Shown one piece after another: positions 34,396 to 47,000 of a stretch of 64,000 nt of DNA (its first letter is position 1; each line of letters opens with the position of its first letter). The notes beneath the pieces are model-generated. The model made no database searches. It was not told where the DNA came from and saw only the letters and a list, made by a program, of their open reading frames with translations. Source of the DNA: Hormiphora californensis (Eukaryota > Animalia > Ctenophora); NCBI GenBank assembly GCA_020137815.1, contig CM035362.1, positions 310,001 to 374,000 on the forward strand, read 5' to 3'. The position numbers and the translations under genes were made by a program.

Positions 34396-36692
34396 TCATT
34401 GATTCAGGCTGAGAAGGGTTGTAGCTGCTTGTTTATCACGAATACCGTCACTAGAGGGGGAATGAGGGGTGTTGAGAGGTAATATCTCACCGTATATAAT
34501 TACCGTGTCAGTTTAGGGCCAAAACGTGTCAGTTTAGTAATAGGCCCCAAAACAGTTGGAATCAAAAGCGGAAAACGAACTTTTTTGTTGGATCAACTGA
34601 GAAATTTCTCTTCCCTCCCCCCGGCTTTGAGTTAGACCTAAAACAGAAGAAGGTATAGATGTGTGTTGTTGTTAGGTTCTAACTGGGGCACGGTGAGAGA
34701 GGGTCGAGATAATAATAATAGGGACATCGGAATTGTATCGGAGACTATGATTCAGTGATTCAAAAGAAGGGTGTGTTACCTATATGAGCTGTAGTTGGTT
34801 GCTGCATCGAAGTTGTATGTCTCTATTGCTTGCATTTGGACTTCAGTCAGTTCCTGAATGGAATATTGGTGTGAATTATGGAAAAGAGAGAGAGAGAGAA
34901 GCATGGTGTTATTGGAATGATTCAGATTGGCCGAACATAACTGTGAAACTTGCTGTTAGGAGAGGGCACCAAAGGGGGCTGGGCGAAGGGTTTGTATCAA
35001 TTACCTGAGGTTCATGCTTGATAGAAATTTGCTGGGGATTAGCAACCACATCAACCCTCTCCTTTTCTTCCGCAGCTAGCTCACTGAAAATAAGGAGATG
35101 AGTATTAGGTAAAGAATCTGGCACCCCCACCCCACACATAAAACGGGTGGTTTCCGGGAAAAGTGAGTGAGAGAGAGAATGGACATTACAAATAGTGATA
35201 TAATGATTTAGAGCAAAAACTAATTGAAATTAGTTCGCCAGAAAGGTGGCCCATTTTGAACTTACTCCTTCATTTCCGTCACCTTTGAGTTGAGGCTTCA
35301 AAGACATTGAGGTATCCGTAAACTTTTCCGCCTTCAACTCAAAGGTGACGGAAATGAAGGAGTAAGTTCAAAATGGGCCACCTTTCTGGCGAACTAATTT
35401 CAATTAGTTTTTGCTCTAAATTTGTACTCCTTTTTGGTCGTTTGAGGTCATTTATGACCTCAAACAAGTAAGCTAATTCTCAACTTAAGTGTTCAAATGT
35501 AACTCAAATGTACCTGGGTTGTAGGAAACTGATTTGACGAAATTTTGAAAATTCGACGTCGTTTTGACGTCGTGACGTCACACGTGACGTCACGACGACG
35601 TAAAAAATTACGACAGACTATTCGGCCAATGAAGCACTAAACGCGTGAAAGTTTTAAAGGCCATGTTAGTCAAGAACTGAAGTTATTGCACGAAATGTGA
35701 GTTTTTATGTAGATTTTCACATCAAATTTTTGAGTTTCGACGCGTTTTAAGGTCTGAAAATGACAAGTTAGAAAAATTTGCGATGTTGTATCTGAAAGTT
35801 CAGACAATTTGCCACTAACGATTTTCAGTCAAATTAGGAATTGGAAAATGTCTTGAGGGTGCTAGAGGCGTTTGAAAATATTTGGTCTGAGATTTTTCAA
35901 TGACGTCACTTTGTGACGTCATTACGCCCGTCATAGTGAACATTTTCACTTGAAACCTTAACTAATGCATGCCCCGAACGATTTCCTAACGGATAAAACT
36001 TGGTTCAAGTCTCTAGCTAGCATGGTTCAGGCTACAAGTGTTACACAGTGAAGCGTCTATAGCTATATATATATATCTATCTATCTATCGCCACACTGAT
36101 TTTATGTTTTGGGGGTGGGGTTCATAACTTGCGACGAACATGAGCTAGCACTTGAAATTTTTACGTCAAAAAAGTAGAGGGTATCTGTGAAGCTTTCGCC
36201 GTACCCAAAAAATTTCCGCCTCCTCGCTATCTCGGTTCCGGTTAGGGGGGGGGTCGAAAAGTGCCAAAATGGGCTTGAAACTTCACGATGTTTGTTATAG
36301 CTACGTTGTTGGCAAGCGGGACACTTTTTCCTGACAGTTTGGGGGATGGATGGGGCACCTTTGCGATTTCCCGCGCACAGTGGACAATATAAAATGCAGC
36401 TCTCATAACGCGGTAGTTACAGTGTATACTATCTTCTTCTTTTTTTCTCCTATCTATTCCTTAATTAGTGATGGTTTGGTAGCACTGGCTGGGTTGTTGA
36501 TATTTTAGGAATATCCCGAAGAAGAACAAACTGACGCGCACTCCGGCACGAACAAAGCGCGCCAAGCTGTACTCTCACCAGAGAAGAGGTCTCCCTGAGC
36601 CGCCTGGTAGGTTAGGAACCCACTGGCGAATGGGCGGTTTCTTGGTTGTTGAATGGCCAGCCAGAGAGAAGAAAGGCAAGGGTTTGTGGGAC
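34396..36692 (-). CDS. 3' part of an unknown gene truncated by the assembly gap
   Basis: Exons near 35083-35005 (ELAAEEKERVDVV..HEPQ), 34853-34780 (ELTEVQMQ..) and 34450-34396 (DGIRDKQAATTLLSLNQ*) have canonical splice sites. A phase-compatible exon at about 36579-36692 abuts the gap. Confidence 0.55.
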
Positions 36693-36792
36693 NNNNNNNN
36701 NNNNNNNNNNNNNNNNNNNNNNNNNNNNNNNNNNNNNNNNNNNNNNNNNNNNNNNNNNNNNNNNNNNNNNNNNNNNNNNNNNNNNNNNNNNN
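36693..36792. other. Assembly gap (100 N); adjacent sequence looks low quality
   Basis: Run of 100 N. Homopolymer-rich, noisy sequence follows at about 36793-37400. Confidence 0.97.
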
Positions 36793-37833
36793 GGGCCAAG
36801 GGGAAACCCAATTTATGGGGGGTCGACGCGGGATTTAAGTTTATTTCCCATTTAGCCTTTTAATGGTTTTAAAGGGTCCCAAAAAATCGGTTTTTTTTCC
36901 CGTTTTTTTTGCCCCCTTTGGCACCTTTAAACCCAAATAAGGCAAAAAGGGTTTTTGAATTATAAAAATTAAAAGCGCGTCGCCCCCCAATTTGGCTTTC
37001 CCTACAAAAGGACCAATAAAAAGTCCTTCCCATCCCTGGGGCTTCCCATGAACCCAAAAAACGGTTAGCGATACTAATTATAAAAATTATTAATTAACGC
37101 GATGAGATAGGAATTTTAATTTTTGGTTTCCCTCCCCACAAATTTCGAGGACGCTGATAACTCTAGTCCCTCGGTTTTTCTTAACCCTTCCCAAAGAGGT
37201 TTTTTCCCGTAAAACCAAAAAGGTAGGTGATTAATTACCCAATTATCAAATTAACCTGATAAGAGCTTTTCCGCCCCTACCCCACAAATACGGGACGCTA
37301 CACACTTTAGTCCCCGTTTTTTTTTAACTTTTTTAAAAAGATTTTTTCCGAAATCGTTGTCCTGCCTATATTTATGCAGGTGCAAAATAACCCGGAAATG
37401 ACCGATTTCTCCATCGCGGTACCCGCGGTAAATTTTTTTGGTGGTTGTAGAGACCCATTGGAGGGCCCTGGAAGTGGAATCGCTTTTAGATCAATTACTT
37501 CCTTTTTCAGCGATATATCGACGTCATATGACTGGCCTATAATGGCACAAATGTCACAGTTTAGCCCGCTCTGATAACGGCGCGCGCACTGACTTGATTG
37601 TGTTGAAAGTAGAAAGTGTCAGCGTGTACCGTAACAAGAGGGAAAATGTTCTCAAAACCATGTGCCCAAAATCATGACCAAATCTAACTTGAAGTCAAAG
37701 ATTTCAACCTTCACACCTTGTGAAAACCATGTGCCCAATATCATGACCAGTATATTGTAATGTCTTTCAGTCAAATTAAGATTTCAACATTTGGACCTTG
37801 TTATATTTAAGGTCTATTAACAATTCGTTACAG

Positions 37834-39369
37834 ATATTGATCCCTCTATTGCTACTGTTCGTCACCTCTTGGAACTTCTCAATACTGCTCAGGAGAATGA
37901 CATTCTGCTGCAAAACCAAGTGAAGGATCTATCAGATAAGGTATTGCAGCAGCACCTTTAATTGCAACATAACACATCTCTAGAGCTATGTTAGAATGCT
38001 AGGCTATGCCAATATGTTTGAACTCAGTGGTAATTTGTGTTAGAACCCTGTCGTCTGATTACCAATCACCATTACACGTTGTTGAGTAAATTACACGTGT
38101 ATTATGTTTCAGTTGTTCCACACAAATAAAGTACTGACTGCCCAGAAAGGAACTTGTTTGGAGCTGGAGACGAAACTAAAGGAAATGGAGGTGTCTGATG
38201 AGAAGAAAATTGAAGGTTAGTCACGTGATAATGTGATGAACATTGAACACAGCATGTTCGTTACGAACCTCGTTTGTGACACTATCACTGTCAGAGCATT
38301 GGCCTGACCCAATTCACTGATTAATATGTTTCCAGGCAATGTCACAGAGATTATGCAGTATTTCAAGACGCTAATTACTGACATCAAGGACCAACTGGTA
38401 GGTGGAGATTACTGTAACATATTTTAGGAATTTGGGCTAGCCTCAAAATGTTACTAATTTAATGAATTTCTGACAACCACCCATTAATTGACATCCACCC
38501 ATTAATTGACATCATTCTCCCACAGGAAGAGAAGGGTGTTAGGTTGGATGTTGATTTCTGGTTTACCCCCATCACTAGCATGCAGGAGTTTGTAACACGT
38601 GTACTGGAGAGAGAACAAAAGGTATCCCCTGCTCTCTCTCTATCTAGTTAATATAAACATCTTTCTTTTGCTCTCTTTAGTTAATATAAAAATCTTTCTT
38701 TTGCTCTCTTTAGTAAAAGTAACTATCTCACCCAGTCACCCATTCACCGGTCACCCATGTTTCAGGAGAAGGAAGAGAATCTAAAAAGGCATGTTTCAAA
38801 TGCTGGTACAGATGATTGGTCAGATGGCGAGGCCATGCCCATACCCGTCGAAGTAAGGGCCTTTCTAGATTATAGATATGAGCCATTTTGAGCAGCTGTC
38901 TGCCCTTAGCAGCTGCTAGTTTTGTCTCGTAGCTGGAAAGAAGTTTACGTTCACAAAATCTGCTAATATATAAGTAAACCCAGGTGGTGCATTTCTGTTC
39001 CTCCCCTGCAGCAGGGGTTTCCAGTTTAATTATGTCTTTCTCCCCCCCCCCCCCAGTTTAACACATGTCTCTCCCCCAGTTTAACACATGTCTCACCCCC
39101 CCCGCCCCCCCCCCCCAGTTTAACACATGTCTCCCCCCCCCAGTTTAACACATGTCTCTCCTCCCCCCCCCCCCAGTTTAACACATGTCTCTTCCCCCCC
39201 CCCCCCAGTTTAACACATCTCCCTCCCCCCAGTTTAACAAATGTCTCTCCCCCAGGGGTTTCTCGCGGATGGCAAGGTAAACCAGACCACTAGTTTGGTA
39301 TTGGAGGACGATGATCTAGAGGAAGGAAGGAGGGCAGATCAGAAGACAAAGGCGTGCACTATCCAGTGA
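37834..39369 (+). CDS. 3' part (6 exons) of a coiled-coil protein ending in a CaaX box (CTIQ*)
   Basis: Exons start near 37834, 38113, 38336, 38526, 38766 and 39256 in consistent phase. The protein is heptad-like (LLELLNTAQENDILLQNQVKDLSDKL) and ends KTKACTIQ*. Its 5' end was not found after the gap. Confidence 0.65.
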
Positions 39370-39737
39370 ACATGTTGAATAACAAGTGAATGGAGTAGTC
39401 GAGGTTAGATATCTCTCACAAACTCACAATGTTGGTATCTTGTAATTGTACAGTCACAATTTACTCATTCACAGACTCACTTTTTTCACTCACATTATTA
39501 TGTTTGTAGTTGTTGCAGTGTGTTATTTGTACGATATAGTTCTGTTTGGGCAGTCACCCATGTATACATATATCATTTCACCCCAAATTAGTTCCAAACA
39601 AAATGAAAACAACTTTATTTTCATTGTTAAAGTTAATTATAATTAGTAACTACAATTAGTAAGTACAATTAGTAAGTACAGTTATTGTAATTCCAATTAG
39701 TAATTACAATTAGTAATTACAATTATTGCAATTACAA

Positions 39738-40405
39738 TTAGTAAGTACAAGGACCAGCACAGCTATTCCTGTGGACATCAGCACAATCCGTGTTAACCCC
39801 ACACTGTACATAATCTCCCCCTGCTCCACTCAACCAGCACCACTCCTTGCACCCATGACAGATGGTGACAAGGTTGCCCAGTCTGGGGCACGCTCCATTA
39901 CACTGACTCCAGCAGTAATCCTCATGACAACCATAGTTGCACCCTGTCTGGGCGTCACACGGGTGTATATCACTACCCCAGGCGCACAGGATGGGTTTGT
40001 AGCACTCCAGGATGTCAGTAGCCGCCTCGAATGAGGTGGTGCCAGAGGGGCAGGGGAGACATTTGGTTGCCATGCCACCAGTGGAGTAGGTGCCAGGGGT
40101 ACAGGCGGTACAGACATCACCTGATGACAGTGGGACTACCACATAGCCGGCATCACACACTGACAGGGAGGGAGGGGGTTAGAAGGGATAGGGCACTAGG
40201 GCAGGATATGTCATATGTGGAAGGGGTTATAGTACTGCAGTACGGCTAGTACTGGGTTTGACAATGTAAAACTTTCCTGTTTGGCATGTAATGTAACAAA
40301 GCATAGTTGATTAGTTTAGAACAACTTACAAAGAGGCGCCTCGGTAGGTCCAATATCCTCTCCAGCCGCCAACACTGCAACAGTAGCAAGTAACACAAAC
40401 AGCAT
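39738..40405 (-). CDS. Secreted cysteine-rich protein, 165 aa (signal peptide + ephrin-receptor-like/GCC repeat + Trp/Cys-rich C-terminal domain)
   Basis: Exon 1 (40405-40330, MLFVLLATVAVLAAGEDIGPTEAPL, phase 1) joins exon 2 (40159-39738). It contains the CxxCxxGTY...CxxCPxGTTS motif and 20 Cys in total. Confidence 0.8.
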
Positions 40406-40809
40406 CGTGATATAGAAAAGAGATCTGACAAAGTGGTTTAGTGCAGTATTGACCTCGCAGTTGTACTTGAACAGCAGCTGTCAATCAAATTCTCACCAAT
40501 TAGGCCCTGTTGAAGTAAATGTGGCGTGGGAGAGTGTGAAGCACAGACTTTCAGATAGTTAGACGAGCTCTGTAAGCGTAACTTACTAAAAGTAGCGATA
40601 TAATGTCGCCAAATTCTCCCACATAGAAACAAAAAAGATTGCCGTTTATTATCACTAATCGATATATGTTTTAGTTCGTGCTCCACTGCTCCAGATAATT
40701 ATCTCTCTTAAAATCACAACATAACTCAATTTAACTTATAAAAAAGTAATTTTGGCTCAGTTCATTGGTACAGTCTGATCTCGACCTAATGTTCTATTCC
40801 ACATCCCCT

Positions 40810-40832
40810 CTGTCAGAGCATTGGCCTGACAG
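40810..40832. mobile_element. 23-bp micro-element CTGTCAGAGCATTGGCCTGACAG (dispersed family)
   Basis: Perfect 8-bp TSD CATCCCCT. About 10 related copies occur in the window. Confidence 0.7.
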
Positions 40833-40863
40833 CATCCCCTCACTCAATGGACAATGAATTACA

Positions 40864-43800
40864 TCATATTTGTCCTGCTACGTCTAGACACAGGACCGCC
40901 ATGACCAACAGGACCAGTGGGAATAGTAGTTTTTTCGTCTCCATTGGGTATTGGAACAACTTCGCCTGAAATTGGGTGAACTTTAAAATCATTGGGTGAA
41001 CTTTAAAATCTCTAATTGTTGTCATCATGCTGCAGATCTACTGAACTAAATTTTATGATATAATTCATTATATGGCCACCATTAGCCCGACTAATGTGAA
41101 ATCTAATAACCAACGATATTCCTAACCTAGTCCCGTTATGTTTTGTTGGGGTGCGCAAGTGGGGGTGTAGCTAGGCAAGACCCGTTATGGTTGAACAAGG
41201 TTTACCTAACAGATCCATCTTGCTCTCCGTAGCACAGTATTTGAAAATGCGATATACACAATCGGGTTAACAAGAGAAGTTAACACAGGTAATACTATCC
41301 ACACTATGTACTTCAACACAGTCAAGTCTAGTCGGGTATCGATATAGATCGGGAACGGGATCTCTCCACAGAGTCTGAGTTGAGCTGATCCTTGTTGTAT
41401 CAGAAGGTAATGCTCAATAACAAACAAGGCACTATGGATGACAGATAGAGTATTCATTATCAAGATACGTAGGGAGCTGGAGGAGGAATGACGGACCCCG
41501 CCCACCGGGTGAAAATACCGCCAAATCAGGTGGATGAGTGTTAAAATGGTGGACAGCGTTCCTAGCATGATCAGGATAATGCAGGGAACCATTACGATTA
41601 TGAAATTAATGTTATCTTTAGTGAATATAAAGTTTAACTGCAGTAGACTAGACCAGACAGCCGTCCATTCGTCAGTTTGAGCTAATGTCCAATAGCCCAT
41701 ATCAGTAGCCAGGGGTAGAATCATAATTCCCATTAATACTCCAATCACAACCAATTTTGGTATGGCCACAAAGGGGTATTTTATCTGGATATAGCGAACT
41801 ATTGAAAGGATGGACGTATTGGTAATTGGTGCTATGATAACCACATTTGCAATCTGGCCATAGATAAGGGAAGGCAGGTCGTTACTCTTCTTTATAAATG
41901 AGTAGTACTGATCCTCACAATTGAAGCAGTGGTCAGTGATACAATCTGGATCTTTTGGTTCCCACAGCCCCGCTACCATTTTGTACGATATGAAGGGACA
42001 TACAATAAGGTCAGCAGTGGCTAGAATTAGGTAGAGAGTTCTGGAAATAGAGGGCGGTTTCCAGTAGTTGTGCCGGATAACAAGGCAGTTCAGAGGGATG
42101 GAGAAACAGGGGAGGAGGATGAAAAACAGGAACAGAAGGAAGTCAGGTGATGATGTTCCACCTTCGCTAAAGATTGCCATTTCACAGCTGGAAACTGTGT
42201 TTGATTCCTTGGCCTAGCACATGCAAGAAAGTCATAACAATCTAGTATCCACAAATCAAATACAAGGCATTGCTATTAGCTAAGCACCAGCAGAGGTATC
42301 CTGAGAAATTTGTGGGAGTTTCCAAACAAATTATGACCTACTATCCTAATTATACTCAACATACTATATGCTGCTAAAGCTACTTATGATCTTGTAAACG
42401 GTTGCACATGTCTGTTGTCATGGCAACATGTGGAGTAGACCGGTGTCAGAAAACAACGCAGCTAGTCCTACACAGTTATTCCAAAGCATAGTAAATCGGG
42501 GTCCGATTATTATACAATGTACCCTCATTCGAAGTGCTCTGATGTAGTAATGGAAGGAATCTAGTTCATCATTCTTTCCTTCAGTAGGGGTGTAGCCAAA
42601 CACTCTCGTCTCTAGAGCTTGGTTCATCAATCTCTTGTGGCACGTGGCTATCTTGCAACCCTGGGAGGAGGAAGTTGAGTATTGTATCTTACCGGGAGAA
42701 GGGGTAAGGATAGAACCCAACCCCCACTCTTAGAAAGATGGCGTGCGTGGTAGTACAATCGAATCATGCATTTACCAATCATTCAGCTTCTCCAATTATA
42801 TTTACCTTGGTAATGGTCAGGAATACAAACATTATCACGATCAGATTCCTGATGACAACCACTACCATACTGACTGCCCCGTATATCTTCACGTTTTTAC
42901 ACACCCTCGCTTCATCTGCGGTATACGAGTTTTCCGGCTCCAACCATGTAGTCCAATCCGCACCTGAGTTAACATGTGAAAATGTGATCACATAAATCTT
43001 CACAAGCAGCTCGGGGTTACATTGACAGAGGGGTATGTGGAGGAAATATATGTGATAACATTTTCGGTTCCCCCAAATACCCCCTCGGGAGGCAGCTGCA
43101 CTGTCAGACCAATGCTCTGACAGCAGCTGCAGCACCTGAACACACACACACACACACATGTCTACCTGGCATGCTAGAGTTAGCCTTTGGACAATCACTC
43201 GTAGTAAAAAGAGACCAGAACGATTTGGCAGACTGAATGGAGAGGAAGACGCTGAACAGGTCCACAAAGAGTCCGTAGACCAGGTAGAATATAATGAATG
43301 ACATGGCAGGACCAGATTCAGAGTTCATTCGGTGAAGGAACGTACTGATGTCATGAGCTTCCTGCGGGGGAGGGGGGGATGGTGTATTGAGTTAGTTTAG
43401 TTATCAATCATTACCTCTATTTTTTGTTGTGGGAGAATGCGATGAAGAGAGGGCATGTAAGGGGGTATGTTTCAGCCCTAACAAAGCTGCAATAGTACCA
43501 ACCGCTCTCACTCAGCCAGAGCATTGGCCTGACAGCTCTTACCATGGTGCTCCAACCAACCAGGGGCCATGTGTTCTCACAACTGCACTTACCTGCATCA
43601 TGGACTTGAGAGAGCTCCTCTTCTCACGCAGCGTCTCTCTCAGTTCAGTCAGGAGGTAACTGATCAGCATGGTCTGAAAGATATTATTAGGTTTAATATG
43701 AACAAAAATCAAGTGAGACCTTCTCGCTCTTAGCCCTGTTCAACAATACTAAATCTAACTATATCTAATGCAAATTTGCACGGAAATGTGACACCCTATC

Positions 43801-44032
43801 GTCAATGTGACGACGTGATCCGTCAATGTGACGACGTGATCCGTCAGTGTGACGACGTGATCCGTCAGTGTGACGACGTGATCCGTCAGTGTGACGACGT
43901 GATTCGTAGGTATCACGTATCACAAGTGCTAGAGAACTGCTTGCGAACTAGAGGGGTCACATCACAAACATAAAAGGGAGAGAAAGAGAGAGAGGAAAAA
44001 GAGACGGATCACATCACATAGCATATAGCATA

Positions 44033-44099
<67 letters not shown>

Positions 44100-47000
44100 G
44101 GGAGAGAGAGAGTGAGGGAGACAGAGAGAGACAGAGAGAGACAGAGAGAGACAGAGACAGAGAGACAGAGGGACAAGCAGAGGAGAACAGAGACAGAGAG
44201 AGAGAGCGAGCAGAGACAGAGACAAAGAGGGACCAGAGAGAAGAGAGAGAGATAGAGAGAGAGAGACAGGAGAGAGCAGAGAGGGAGACAGAGACAGAGA
44301 CGAGACAGGGAGACCAGAGACAGAGACAGAGACAGAGACAGAGACAGAGACACACAGAAAGAGAGAGACATCGAGAAAAAAATCCCTCGATTTGTGATCG
44401 GTACGATCGCCCCAGTTTTGCTAGTACAGTTAAAACGAAAGACGATAATCATGTGACTCGATCTGTATAATACTAATACTATATGTCATTATGTGACTCG
44501 ACATGTCACTGCACTGGCAAGCGCAACGGTGGCCATTTACTCAACTCCCCCCCCCCCATACTATAGTCTTTACCTGTAGAATGAAGGTCATGAGGGGGGC
44601 AGAGGAAGAAGTACATTGTGAAGGCCGGGATTGCATAGAACACTCCTTCAATGTAGGGATTACGGAATATAAAGGACCTGCAGACAGGAACTTGGGTTAT
44701 TTAGTAGCTAATATCAAGTGTAACCACTCAAAATGTGAAATGTGCTATAGGACCAATTGATCCCACTTTTACGGGGTTATATCATTATTCATGTATAGGA
44801 CATGTATAACAGAGGTTTATTAAAAAACCCATTCTCACTCGTTATCCAATGATGTTGAGTTGGTCCGTATGATGCATTCAGATTGCAGGAGAGCCTTCCC
44901 AAAGAAAGAGTTGATGATGGTAAACAGGAAGTGCAGGTAGATACTGGAGAATATCAAGTAGCTCACAAACCTAGTTGGGAGATATGTGTTAGAAATCTGT
45001 GAAACAGAGCTGGGTATGGATGGTCATTGGTCCATGCTGCTACTACAGGGGGGTACTACAGTCAAACTTTGATTTACCAAGCTGAGCAAAACCCTTCCCC
45101 GGTAAATTAAGGTTTGACAGTACACAATACAAACAAGGAGGGATTTTAGGCCAATGAAACTTTGGACACATAAAACTCTTTCCAGTTGCAGAAACTCACT
45201 TGAATCTTTTCTTAAAGGTTTCTTTTCTGGAGACAGTATTGGTACACGTTACACTGGATGGGAGAACAAGTGCCTTCTGAAGGAGTGCTTCCACATGCTC
45301 ACTCTGCTTCACTCTGTAAACCCAGAATGTGTACCTATAGTAGGTGGGAGAAGCTGTCCATGAGATGTGAATTAGCTGGTTAGATTTAAGATAGTGAGAT
45401 AGGGTAGTGAGCGGAGCCCCGAAGAAGCTGTCAATGAGATGTGATTGTGAGGTTTTGTGGTTATTCGAGATAACGTAAAACAACCGTGTAATGTACAATG
45501 TACAGGTGAGGAGAAGCCTCCGGGACCCTCATATACATACGGGTTAATGACGGGTTAACATAACCCTCAGATACATACCCGTAGGAAACAAAGTGTAGGA
45601 TGGTGGGGATAAGACTCTCCATTGTGGTCCGGCAGATACCTGTCAGATACAGTAGTTAGATAAAACCAAACCAAACCAACAAACAAACCAAACCAAAAAA
45701 ACCAAACAAACCAAACAAACAAACCAACAGCGAAACCAAATCAAATAACCAAACAAACAAACCAAACAAACCAACAACCAAACAACCAACCAGCCACAGC
45801 AAGCCAAACAAACCAAACCAAATCAACTCAAACCAAACCAAACCACCAAACCAAACCAAACCAAACCAAACCAAATTCCAATCAGTAGTATGTAAAGTGG
45901 AGTTCAGTAAAAAATTAAAAACCAATCTCACCTTCAAGTAGATGTTATCTTGAATCGTTGCAAAAACGATAAATCACTTTCTTTTCCATGTACGATTGTT
46001 GCTTCTGAAGTAAACAGCTTATTAATTAGTTATTTACTACCATTTAAAATAAATGCCAGCTTTGAAATATGAGTGTAAATTTATTTTTGGCAATCTTTAA
46101 TATAAAAAGAGACACTTGAGCCCATAATCGTGTGTACCAAGACATTATAAAAATAGTATACCTGGCATAGTGTGATGTTGAGCGCATAGCCGACGATGAT
46201 GATTGAAAATATAAAGACCATCCACAGAATGTTGATAACTCTGTACACACAGTTCTCTGGGTCCCCAAAATTCCTCAAACCAAGCTGAAAATACAGTTTT
46301 TTCGGGGTTTTTAACACTCTCCTATGAGTATGATGGTGGGTGTCTATTAATCAATTAAACTCAGAGCGTTCGTCAGTAGAAAGTCCACACCAGTTTGCAG
46401 AGATGAATATATTCTACTACCAGTTTAAGCATGAAGATGTAGATGTTGAGTATCTTCTGGGCAGAGACAGGGCGAGCTCTGTGGTGGGAAACCACGCTGA
46501 CTGCATCCGCATTATCATCGTTAATGGCGTCACCGTAAAGCATCGGTCCACTTGGTTCGCTCTGAATTGGAAGGTGCGTAAGCTGTCAGCGTTTAGTTGG
46601 GCGGACTATCTATACTTGTTCTTGTTGTGTCTATAGGATGTTAGAGATAGGATGTTAGCACACTCCGTTAGGAGAGTTTGATAAGTTTTTAGCACGAGTG
46701 GACCTTATTTAGGACATGAAGTTTTGGACTGACCCTATTCGCAAGAACTGCGGTCAGGGCAATAGTTAGGACATGGAGTTTTTGGGAACAAGCTCAGGAT
46801 TATATTTTACTTACTAGGTAGTTGATTTGCTGTCTTCGAGTCTCTAGATAACTGTTTATGTTGGAAAACTGAAATAATTTACATAGTTACATAATCCAAA
46901 CACCTGGTGCTATTTGATCCTCAGTTTGATTCCCCATACACACAATCACATGGTACATTTTGTGCTTACCCAAGCGGAAAAGTTGGTGAAACTCCCGAAG

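Noticed and set aside
36793-37400. ORFs and repeats next to the gap
   Set aside because: Homopolymer-rich, probably low-accuracy contig end.
15796-42180. Opsin identity for the two 7TM genes (tempting next to a TRPC)
   Set aside because: No Lys at the retinal-binding position upstream of NPxxY in either TM7 (SPVVSSVFNPVIY; LPVLTSLVNPIVY).
42418-42522. ORF-track C-terminus (VHCIIIGPRF..) as the end of the Gr-like protein
   Set aside because: It follows a GT donor, includes a MITE fragment, and a much better TM7 exon exists at 40965-40864.
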